Below are positions 56,120 to 64,000 of a DNA stretch of 64,000 nt, piece by piece (the first letter of the stretch is position 1; each line of letters opens with the position of its first letter). The position numbers were made by a program, and so were the translations under genes. Below the pieces are notes generated by a model. It saw only the letters and a list, made by a program, of their open reading frames with translations, did no database searches and was not told the DNA's origin. Source of the stretch: a virus (taxonomy: Duplodnaviria > Heunggongvirae > Uroviricota > Caudoviricetes); the IMG/VR virus record IMGVR_UViG_3300033489_000001, positions 126,023 to 190,022 of that record, one strand, 5' to 3'.

Positions 56120-56470
56120 GTGTCTGATTGCATTTTACTTGAGCAAGATGGTATTGTTAATCTTGATTTTAGTGGAAAGAGTATTGTACTCGAAATACCA
56201 AGAGCGGAGCTGGTCGAGGGAAAGGTCTTTGACAAGTCTAATCCCACATACGATGAGACAATAAGGCTGTGGGTATCAGGCGATAGAATCTACGTTCTGC
56301 ATCTATTCGGTCATGACAGGGCATGGCCAAATACTGTGTATGAATTTCCTCTTGAGCAACCACCTAAACCAACGTATGGCTCAGCGCTAACTCAACCACT
56401 ATGCTGTACCCAACTTTGTGCTTGGCTAGCTCAAGGAAAAGGGATCCCTTCTGCGGCTAAGGAACAATAG
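56120..56470 (+). CDS. hypothetical protein
   Basis: 116 aa. Confidence 0.45.
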   Translation: MSDCILLEQDGIVNLDFSGKSIVLEIPRAELVEGKVFDKSNPTYDETIRLWVSGDRIYVLHLFGHDRAWPNTVYEFPLEQPPKPTYGSALTQPLCCTQLCAWLAQGKGIPSAAKEQ

Positions 56471-56830
56471 AAAAATGACAACAAAGCTATTAATCTACGT
56501 AGTGGTGCCAATACTTTGTGGGGCATTATATATCGTAGTTATGTTTCATTTGGGATACTAAAAGAGTCAGGAAGGGTATGCCAAAGCGTAATAAAAAACT
56601 GCCTCCACTCCCTGAAACAATTCCTACGGCTCTCTTATCCGATCCGGAGTTCCGGATTCGGGTCAAACGGCGGGTAGGACCTTCTTTCGGGGAATGGTTA
56701 GTTGTAGAAGACGTGTTGAATGCAACGTTGATTGTATTGAGAACAGCTCCCCCTAGATAAACCTGACCCATGGGCTCCAAAAAAGTAAGAAATGAGTTGT
56801 GATGATTAACCCAGTTCATATCGATTTAAC

Positions 56831-56864
56831 TTGAATTTTTCTCTTTTCCGGTGTAGTAATAAGT
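56831..56864 (+). promoter_or_regulatory. M1 promoter motif
   Basis: Abuts ATG 56865 (DUF262 gene). Confidence 0.7.
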
Positions 56865-57398
56865 ATGGGAAAGTTCACTTACGAGTCTATTGATAGATTT
56901 CCACAAGCCCATTACGAAATTGATTTGGATTGGGACTACTTAGAGGAATGGTTAGAAAGCCAAAAGAATACCAGGATACCTGAAAGTGGGATTGACCTTG
57001 ACCCTGATTTTCAGCGGGCTCACGTTTGGACACCGGAGCAACAAGTAAGTTACGTGGAGTTTATCCTTCGTGGGGGAGAGTCGGGCCGGGTGCTTTATTG
57101 GAACCACCCAAACTGGCAAGGAAGCTTCAAAGGCTATCTTACCTTAGTTGACGGAAAACAGCGCCTGGAGGCTGTAAGGGCGTTTCTGCGGAACGAAATT
57201 CCTGCTTTCGGTAGTCTACTAAAAGACATGGAGTCAAGATTTTTAAGAAAAACTGGTTCTGGTTTCAAAATGCGGATCGCTAGGCTCAAAACTCGTAAGG
57301 ACGTTCTGAACTGGTACCTCATGATCAACTCCGGCGGAACGCCGCATACCTCGGAAGAGTTAGATCGCGTGCGGGAGCTACTGAAAAAAGAAGCGTAA
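56865..57398 (+). CDS. DUF262 (GmrSD N-terminal, ParB-like NTPase/nuclease superfamily) stand-alone domain protein
   Basis: 177 aa; DLDPDFQRAHVW...ILRGG...LVDGKQRLEA matches the DUF262 DxxPxYQR / (I/V)DGQQR motifs; no DUF1524/HNH partner; ATG abuts promoter motif. Confidence 0.65.
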   Translation: MGKFTYESIDRFPQAHYEIDLDWDYLEEWLESQKNTRIPESGIDLDPDFQRAHVWTPEQQVSYVEFILRGGESGRVLYWNHPNWQGSFKGYLTLVDGKQRLEAVRAFLRNEIPAFGSLLKDMESRFLRKTGSGFKMRIARLKTRKDVLNWYLMINSGGTPHTSEELDRVRELLKKEA

Positions 57399-57402
57399 AA
57401 AT

Positions 57403-57588
57403 ATGAAAATCACCGATGAGAAAGATCTGAAAATCATCCGAGAGGCTTTGATTCAATATTCCCGGACAATGGAAGTAAAAGAAAGAACAAGCACCCCAAA
57501 AGAGAAGAAAGAGTGTGAGGAAACAGGCAGCCGCATCGAAAATCTATTAGCGGAAATCCATTTTGCTTTCTCTGGCAGAAAACCGTAA
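57403..57588 (+). CDS. hypothetical protein
   Basis: 61 aa. Confidence 0.35.
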   Translation: MKITDEKDLKIIREALIQYSRTMEVKERTSTPKEKKECEETGSRIENLLAEIHFAFSGRKP

Positions 57589-57618
57589 AGGAGAGGGTTT
57601 ACAACCTCAAACCGGCAT

Positions 57619-57765
57619 ATGAAAACGTCCAAATCAGTCAAGCCCCCTAGTCCTTGTACTAAGTGTGGGCTCGCCAAGAATAAGAGCCAATGTGCCCTTT
57701 ATAAGAACGGCGATTGCTGGTTCCAAACCGAAGATTCTGACCATAGCCCTAAAGGGAAAGATTAA
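57619..57765 (+). CDS. tiny Zn-ribbon protein (48 aa, below ORF-track cutoff)
   Basis: Manually translated: MKTSKSVKPPSPCTKCGLAKNKSQCALYKNGDCW... Confidence 0.3.
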   Translation: MKTSKSVKPPSPCTKCGLAKNKSQCALYKNGDCWFQTEDSDHSPKGKD

Positions 57766-57927
57766 ATGGCTAGAAAACTAAAAGAGGAAAGAGGATGTGA
57801 AACGTGTGGCGAACAGACAAGTTTTATCTATGTCTGCCACCGCTGTGGCAGAGAGGGATGTGATAATTGTATGCCAGGAGGCACCGGGGTTATGTGCCCA
57901 AAATGTGAAGAAGCGGAAGAAGACTGA
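57766..57927 (+). CDS. tiny Zn-ribbon protein (53 aa, below ORF-track cutoff)
   Basis: Manually translated: MARKLKEERGCETCGEQTSFIYVCHRCGREGCDNCMPGGTGVMCPKCEEAEED; starts on the codon after the previous stop. Confidence 0.35.
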   Translation: MARKLKEERGCETCGEQTSFIYVCHRCGREGCDNCMPGGTGVMCPKCEEAEED

Positions 57928-57960
57928 GTGGGCTTAGCTAAGAAATCTTTCGCAAAATCT

Positions 57961-57993
57961 TGAATTAATTCCTTCCCCGGTGTAGTAATAGTT
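57961..57993 (+). promoter_or_regulatory. M1 promoter motif
   Basis: Abuts ATG 57994. Confidence 0.7.
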
Positions 57994-58758
57994 ATGGAAA
58001 ACAATCTTAAAGCCACCATCCAAGACCTCATCCCGAAGCAACGTACGTTGAACGCGGCCGTTGAAAAAGGGGCTGCTCTAATTGAAGAACTTGAAGCGAA
58101 AATAGATGAGATAGTTAGAAAGAAACTTAGGACGGTCTACGCTACGGTTGACTATGGCGTCTTCTTTAAAATGGGTTTTCGTTCGGCAACTTGGCAACCC
58201 AAAGTGGAGATCAAGGGCGTCATTAATGGTGGCGGGATTTTCATCAAGGTACAGGGGCAATGGGTGTACCATATGGGGCATGAGGCCTATGGTAAAATCT
58301 ATCCTCACAGAATACGAAATAGGGCTATTCTTTTTGAGGTGCAAAAGCTTGAAGCGGCTTGCGCTGAACTAACTGAAGAGTTAGGTATCCCGGTTGTTAT
58401 CCAAGATCATGGGCTGGCGGAAGTGAAAGAGGACGAGTTGCGTACGGTGGATGACCTCCTGGTAAAGCATACCCACGGTAAAGTATTGGCCCAAGGAAAA
58501 GTTTGGTATACTGGATGGGACATAGCGGATGAGTGGGTCTTACTTCAAGATGAGGTGGGCATTCACGTCTACTTCAGCACCAACGGCCATGGATTTGGGT
58601 TTGACAGTTATGTGGCCCCCGGTGAAGATCTAACCGCCTTTGCGGACTTCCTACAACAAGAAAATAATAAGTTTCCGTCCGAGATCAAGAATCATCTGTT
58701 GACCTCGGAAGAACGTGGGCATACAACATTCTGCAAAGCGCTTTCATCCGATGGATAA
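57994..58758 (+). CDS. hypothetical protein
   Basis: 254 aa; ATG abuts promoter motif. Confidence 0.6.
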   Translation: MENNLKATIQDLIPKQRTLNAAVEKGAALIEELEAKIDEIVRKKLRTVYATVDYGVFFKMGFRSATWQPKVEIKGVINGGGIFIKVQGQWVYHMGHEAYGKIYPHRIRNRAILFEVQKLEAACAELTEELGIPVVIQDHGLAEVKEDELRTVDDLLVKHTHGKVLAQGKVWYTGWDIADEWVLLQDEVGIHVYFSTNGHGFGFDSYVAPGEDLTAFADFLQQENNKFPSEIKNHLLTSEERGHTTFCKALSSDG

Positions 58759-59200
58759 AGTTACACTCAGCCGATATACCCTATGGTTGGCCAGTTTTGA
58801 TAAGTGGTGCCGATCTTGGAACATAGATAGAAAGACTGGCCTTATTGTACTGGAAATTATCAGCAAGCTAGATGACGAGGGGCTCAGTCTTTTAAAATGG
58901 ACTGAGGTTCTTGTTTACCTTGAGCACCTCAAAAAAGACGAGCAATACGCAAGGAGAGACGAGGGGGCCGAAGTGAACACAGAGGGGGACTTTCAAAAAG
59001 GTGACCATCTCCGGGTTATGAAAGCCGTTCCTAAAGCGCCGGGTATAAGAGCACTAAAAGAGGGGGAGATAGTTGAATTTGTCCAATACTCTTCTGAGGA
59101 CAAGCAAATATCCCTGGTTGATTGTGAAACAGAGGATAGTGAATTGGCATTCACTTCTAAATATGTACCCACAGAATCCTTGGAGAAAGTTGTGGAATGA
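58715..59200 (+). CDS. hypothetical protein
   Basis: 161 aa. Confidence 0.45.
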   Translation: MGIQHSAKRFHPMDKVTLSRYTLWLASFDKWCRSWNIDRKTGLIVLEIISKLDDEGLSLLKWTEVLVYLEHLKKDEQYARRDEGAEVNTEGDFQKGDHLRVMKAVPKAPGIRALKEGEIVEFVQYSSEDKQISLVDCETEDSELAFTSKYVPTESLEKVVE

Positions 59201-59661
59201 AGAAAGAGTCAAACCCAAACTTCCCTATAGGGTCCCGCGTGGAACTAAAGCCGCACCTTGACAGTTGGATGCGCGGTGACCGGTATGGAGACGTAATAGG
59301 TTACAGGCCCGAATTTATTCGAGTTAAACTAGATAAATCCAAAGAGACACGGCTTTTCAAAGAAGAGGACCTTACGCTGGTTCCGGAATCTATGCAAGGT
59401 TTATTGAGCGTATTGAATGAGATATCTGCTGCTGAAAAAACAGGGGTAGATGCTTTGATTAAAGGAGACATGGACACGTTCAGTTCCGTGAATCAAAGTA
59501 TGAAGGACTTCAACGAGCGAGGAGTTGAAGCTGTTCACGCGCTGCTTGTTGAGCATCCGGAGCTTAGGCCCAATGGGTACGTTCCGGTCCCACTTATTAA
59601 AGAAGGTGGGCTTACTTTGGAAGAGGAAAAGATCATAGCCAAGAAAAGGGTAACTTTGTGA
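59197..59661 (+). CDS. hypothetical protein
   Basis: 154 aa; 3' end carries the conserved GGTGGGCTTACTTTG element. Confidence 0.5.
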   Translation: MKKESNPNFPIGSRVELKPHLDSWMRGDRYGDVIGYRPEFIRVKLDKSKETRLFKEEDLTLVPESMQGLLSVLNEISAAEKTGVDALIKGDMDTFSSVNQSMKDFNERGVEAVHALLVEHPELRPNGYVPVPLIKEGGLTLEEEKIIAKKRVTL

Positions 59662-60443
59662 CCGTGACCCTACGAGAAAACTATATCCAAGCCTTGAAAA
59701 GGCTTCCTATCCTCCGTCCTACGCCGGATGATGTGGCTCAGTTTTGCCCTTATTTACCGAGAGATATCATCGAAAACTTTTTAGCCGAAGGAGGGTACCT
59801 AACTTGTCCCCCTCTCAGGGTTCAGGATGCATTTCAAATCATCTCTTATGACAAAGACACTGGATGGCTCAATTATAACTTTGCGAGCCGTTTACAAGAT
59901 AGCTGGCTTCAAGCGTATGATAAAGAAGCTGTCAAGTTTGCAAATGATTATTGGCCAGCGGAGTTGATCGAAGACAATTGGGATGATATCCTTACCCTTT
60001 CTATTCAAGATCCTACTGACCTAAATCAGAACGGGAGCCCCAAAACAAAAACAAATCTCTATGTCTGTTTCAATCGTCCTTTTGGGGCCTTGATGGCTGA
60101 TTTGACTGAGCCTACAAGCGTGTTGATGGACAAAGCTATATGTGTAATGTCTCTTGATTCGTTTGTATACCGGGAACTCAAAGGGAGTCGGGGAGGGTAT
60201 GCTGATAACTGTTGCGCTTATTGTGGGCATGGTCTTAGTTTGGACGGGTGCCGTGGCTGCGGGCATAAGTTTACGGACAATGGAACTCGACACGGTTGGG
60301 GTACGCCCCTCTCACAAATGATGGTTGGCTTTCTTCAAGAACATGGCTTTACATTTAAACAAGGCCCAGAGATTGCCTGGAAACTCGAGGCAGAAAAATA
60401 TAAGGAACAAATAGAGAGAATAACCGCACGGATTGAGCTATAG
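59658..60443 (+). CDS. hypothetical protein with C-terminal Cys cluster
   Basis: 261 aa; CCAYCGHGLSLDGCRGCGHKF. Confidence 0.55.
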   Translation: MTVTLRENYIQALKRLPILRPTPDDVAQFCPYLPRDIIENFLAEGGYLTCPPLRVQDAFQIISYDKDTGWLNYNFASRLQDSWLQAYDKEAVKFANDYWPAELIEDNWDDILTLSIQDPTDLNQNGSPKTKTNLYVCFNRPFGALMADLTEPTSVLMDKAICVMSLDSFVYRELKGSRGGYADNCCAYCGHGLSLDGCRGCGHKFTDNGTRHGWGTPLSQMMVGFLQEHGFTFKQGPEIAWKLEAEKYKEQIERITARIEL

Positions 60444-60898
60444 GGGTTTTACATAGCAAAAGCTTACACGTCCCACACAATAAGGAGGTGGGTTTACTTT
60501 GATAGCATTGCAGAATCCAAGTGGTTAGCCTCTGTTCTGGAGAAAGTGTAAATTTTCCAATCACTGACTGAAAATTTCTTTTGAACGAAAGATAGCACAT
60601 GAAATACAAAATATGGATCGAAGGTTATAGGGCCACCGGAGGTCCCGCTCATTAAGTAGGCGGGTTTACTTTGAGTTCTTTATCTTATCGCTACTGTAGT
60701 TGATCAAATCAAGATGGGAATGGAGTCTAAGAATCATGACTTTTAATCATAGCCTGATCCTAGAGCAACCGTCTATGCTGTGCCTATCCCCCCTAGGCGC
60801 TCGGATGTGTGTAGCTCGATTGGGCTATGATTCAAGATCATGAGCCAATTTTCCAATCATTGATGGGAGACTTAGGACTATAACTGAGCAGAAAGCCA

Positions 60899-61507
60899 AT
60901 GAAACCGTTAGTGCAGCAATACCTTTTACTCAAAAAGAATTACGTGGACTATTACATTTTGGTTACTTGGCCAAAAAAGTTTATAGTAAAGAAAGATGGG
61001 GACATAGAACCTGTACCTAAAGTGCTTACTCCAAAACAACAGAAAATTCTAGATACCTCAAATGAAGCCATGGATTTCTTAGCTTCTAAGATGTCGTGTG
61101 AAGAAAGGTATCTTGCTGGCATTCCTAGAGGAGTTTATATGAGGGCGGAAGCTAAAGCATTACTCAAAGAATTACTTTGTCACCATAGAGTAGTAACCAA
61201 GCAAGACCCCCTTGAAAAAAATCTCATCATATCCCAGTACTTGATTTTTTATGGTGTGCTCTGTTCTAGAATTGGAGCACCTTGGTTGACACTTAGAATT
61301 GGCTCATTCTTGATGGAAATAGCTGAATGGTGTGCTGCAATGGGTTATCCGGCATTGAATGCTCTAGCGGTAAATCATGAAACAGGTTATCCTGATAGTA
61401 GTTATGATGGAGCCGGGGGATTTAAACTAAAGGATTGGGACAAAGAAGTTGAAAGGGTCATTCGGTTCACAAGCTATCCGATTGATCCTCCAGAAACAAT
61501 CAAGTAG
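60899..61507 (+). CDS. hypothetical protein
   Basis: 202 aa. Confidence 0.5.
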   Translation: MKPLVQQYLLLKKNYVDYYILVTWPKKFIVKKDGDIEPVPKVLTPKQQKILDTSNEAMDFLASKMSCEERYLAGIPRGVYMRAEAKALLKELLCHHRVVTKQDPLEKNLIISQYLIFYGVLCSRIGAPWLTLRIGSFLMEIAEWCAAMGYPALNALAVNHETGYPDSSYDGAGGFKLKDWDKEVERVIRFTSYPIDPPETIK

Positions 61508-61575
61508 GCAGAAGGTTACCTCAGTTCTCGCAGTCCCACACCTTAAAGAAGATGGGCTTACTTTGCTCGCTTAGT

Positions 61576-62952
61576 TTACCTAAGCTCCTTCATAATCTCG
61601 GTCACTTCCGGCGGTAGAGATTCCCCTAACATGTACAAAGAAAAAGCTTCGGCGAAATTCTCTAGCCAGCCCTTTTTAGCATAAGGGGTCACGGCGATAG
61701 GCTCACGAATAATCTTGTCCGTTCGTATCGTGATGTCCGCCTCGGAAGATAAAGCCATCCCATCCCGGAGAGCTTTACGGTTTGTCTCACTAGGGTCCTT
61801 CAAGAACTCTTGGGAAAGATCCCTGAGCTTAGGTCCATTTTTGTGAATGAGGTACTTTAGATATCGGGTAAGTAGGTCTGATTGTATGACCTTTTTACCT
61901 TGTGCTTGTGCCTCAGCAATTGCTAAAAACTCATCGGCCAGCTTAGCTCTGGTGACCTTGTCAAACACGATGGTGTCATAAACCGGGTTGACTGACAGCG
62001 CCCAAAAAGCGTCCCTTTGCCCTTTATCTTTCCAAAACTTGTGTGCGTAGCGGTGTCCGAACTCATGGCACAAAGAACGAACATCTCCCACCGTCTTTGA
62101 CGCCCGCAACCCAAGTTGTATGGTGTCTTGTCCGGCCACGTAAGAAGCAACCCCGCCTGACACCGTCCGGTTGATGTAAACCTTGCCGTAAAGTAGCTGG
62201 GAGAACTTGGGACGAATCGCTTCAGCGGCTTTATCTAAAGCCTCTAGGCAGTCCTTCATTTTGGGGCCAGACACACCCGGCATGGGTATGATGGTAAAGT
62301 CACCATGGGGGAACTCAGAGCCTTCAGCATTGACTTTACCGTCTAACCAAGAGGCTTCTCGAGCGAGTGCCTCAAAACGATTGATCAAACCATGTGGGAC
62401 AGGCCCCTCTGTTAGGTACTTGGGTAAAGATCGGCGAAGATCTTTGGCCTCTCTGATGATTTTTCTAACCTTATTTTGGATTTGGGGGCCTAGAGCGTAA
62501 AACCATTCGGCTTCCAAAACGATGGCATACCCTATTTCGGCTTCTACCTCTCCCACCTCTAGAAAGGTCCAGAAATCGTCCAGAGCTTTGATGGCTGCCT
62601 CTACATTGCCTTTTCGTAGTGAGGCCGCTCCAGCGTCCATAAGGCTGCCAAGATTACGTTTGGAGGTCAGGTAACGGGAGGCAACCCGTATGGCCGCCTC
62701 TGCCCTTGCCCTTTCAGCAATAGCCTTTTCCTTTACGTCGGCTCTCCAGATACGATACAGGCCTAAGACTTTGTTTTTCTTTCTGCCTTTGGGGATTGGT
62801 TCTATCTCGATCGTGGGGTTGCCATATTGATCAGCCCCAAAACCTACTACCCGGCCCCGATGGTTCTTCCATTTTCCGTAAAGAACTTCAGTTCCTATTG
62901 AGAAATAGGATGAGGCGAACCTCTTGAGAACTCTTAGTGCGGGGGTGTCCAC
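61576..62952 (-). CDS. HExxH zinc-metallopeptidase-motif protein
   Basis: 458 aa; LCHEFGHRYAHKFW contains HExxH; divergent from the adjacent repeat array. Confidence 0.6.
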   Translation of the reverse strand: MDTPALRVLKRFASSYFSIGTEVLYGKWKNHRGRVVGFGADQYGNPTIEIEPIPKGRKKNKVLGLYRIWRADVKEKAIAERARAEAAIRVASRYLTSKRNLGSLMDAGAASLRKGNVEAAIKALDDFWTFLEVGEVEAEIGYAIVLEAEWFYALGPQIQNKVRKIIREAKDLRRSLPKYLTEGPVPHGLINRFEALAREASWLDGKVNAEGSEFPHGDFTIIPMPGVSGPKMKDCLEALDKAAEAIRPKFSQLLYGKVYINRTVSGGVASYVAGQDTIQLGLRASKTVGDVRSLCHEFGHRYAHKFWKDKGQRDAFWALSVNPVYDTIVFDKVTRAKLADEFLAIAEAQAQGKKVIQSDLLTRYLKYLIHKNGPKLRDLSQEFLKDPSETNRKALRDGMALSSEADITIRTDKIIREPIAVTPYAKKGWLENFAEAFSLYMLGESLPPEVTEIMKELR

Positions 62953-63004
62953 ACTAAGAAGGGATGCAAAAGGAGTTTCTTAATGGCTCGTTGTTTGTTT
63001 GTTT

Positions 63005-64000
63005 ATTTCAATTACAGAGGGAAGGATTACCTCCCCTCCTTATTAAGCATAATAGAATGTCGAGAGTCATTTCAATTTCAGGGGGAGAATTACTCTCCCT
63101 CCTTTTGCTCCCCTCCTTCTGAGTGCTTTGAGTAGTGATGGTTTCAATTACAGAGGAAGAATTACTCTTCCTCCTTATGTGCGTCTCTTACAACAGACAC
63201 GTATGGCGTTTCAATTACAGAGGAAGAGTAATTCTTCCTCCTCCTTCGGCTACTGAGGACAATTGTCAGTTGCCAATTAGTTTCAATTTCAGAGGGATAT
63301 TTACTATCCCTCCTTGGGTGAGCTATCCATGCCGGTGTTCAATTACGTTGCAATTACAGAGGAAGAATTACTCTTCCTCCTTACAGATAACAAGCTTCGT
63401 CCACATTGCCTTGGTTGTTTCAATTCCAGAGAGAGTAAATATCCCTCTCCTTTAAGTATATTTTAACTATCGAAGGGTCGCAAGATCTGGGATTTCAATT
63501 CCGGAGGGAGAATTACTCTCCCTCCTTGCACTCGAGCGGATGCCGTGAGGGTTCTTTTGTTTCAATTTTAGAGAGATATTTACTATCCCTTCTTCTATTG
63601 CAAACGATATTACTTGTTACGGCGATCTCCGGTTTCAATTACAGAGGAAGAGGTATCCCTTCCTCCTTTACTCTATTCTAAAAGTTGAGCCAATGCATTA
63701 TTTCAATTTCAGAAGGAGAATTACTCTCCTTCCTTGCTCGTCAAAATGGATATGCGCTCTAAATCGATACTTGTTTCAATTACAGAGGAAGAGAAACCCT
63801 CCCTCCCTCCCTCCCTCCCTCCCTCTGGTAGATAAATCCTATAGTCTTTCCGGAATATTTTCTTTTCAATTACAGAGGAAGAGGTACCTCTTCCTCTCTC
63901 TTGGGTAATGTAAGAGCGTCCTCGATTGGTGTTTCAATTCCAGAGGGAGAATTACTCTCCCTCCTTAAGTTAGGAGTTGAGCGAGCTAGGCGGGAAGGGT
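63005..64000 (+). CRISPR. CRISPR-like array: >=14 degenerate ~36 bp hairpin repeats with 29-39 bp unique spacers, truncated by window end
   Basis: Consensus (G)TTTCAATTNCAGAGGAAGAATTACTCTTCCTCCTT; period 65-75 bp; stems covary; no cas genes in window. Confidence 0.45.
63797..63821. repeat. (CCCT)6 microsatellite inside one array repeat
   Basis: ccctccctccctccctccctccctc. Confidence 0.9.

Noticed and set aside
63135-63455. ORF 63135-63455 (106 aa) from the track
   Set aside because: It spans five units of the hairpin-repeat array. The translation is a low-complexity artefact of the periodic repeat.
63005-64000. Calling the array a bona fide active CRISPR locus
   Set aside because: Repeat-to-repeat divergence, hairpin inversions and the lack of cas genes are atypical. 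It is reported as CRISPR-like only, with alternative explanations.

Overview
This 64 kb window has roughly 45% GC (estimated by eye) and is densely packed with short genes, mostly 60-300 aa; about 130 CDS are called. No rRNA or tRNA genes were found, and no capsid, terminase, portal, polymerase, integrase or transposase genes were recognised. Genes at 0.2-17.2 kb lie almost entirely on the minus strand and genes at 17.5-61.5 kb almost entirely on the plus strand, diverging from a short non-coding hub at 17.24-17.56 kb. Two families of highly conserved upstream promoter motifs, several gene families duplicated in tandem, many tiny Zn-ribbon proteins and conserved structured non-coding elements give the region the look of an accessory region of a large phage, prophage or similar mobile element in a bacterium. 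A lipobox and sigma70-type -35/-10 promoter elements support a bacterial host. Recognisable proteins include a metallophosphoesterase, a radical SAM enzyme, a class I methyltransferase, a YkgJ-type CxxCxxCC protein, an SPFH lipoprotein, an ATP-grasp enzyme, a SLOG/DUF2493 protein, an HD-GYP-like phosphohydrolase and a HicB-like protein. A four-gene cluster carries an RNAP alpha-CTD-like protein, an AAA_21-like ATPase with degenerate Walker motifs, a ParB-like protein and a DUF262 protein, followed by an HExxH metallopeptidase. The most unusual features are: (1) a CRISPR-like array of at least 14 hairpin repeats of about 36 bp with covarying stems and unique spacers of 29-39 bp, running from 63.0 kb to the window end; (2) a roughly 37 bp promoter (TTGAAT-N18-TG-N-AGTAAT-N4-ATG) present in more than 20 copies, usually giving leaderless genes; (3) two repeat-dense non-coding regions (13.1-14.5 kb and 24.1-25.1 kb) in mutually inverted orientation, carrying 42 bp palindromes, UUCG-tetraloop hairpins and a G-rich tract; (4) a candidate cluster of nucleic-acid-targeting or anti-defence genes at 53.6-57.4 kb; and (5) a conserved element of about 25 nt at gene 3' ends, extending in two copies to about 110 bp with a covarying stem.
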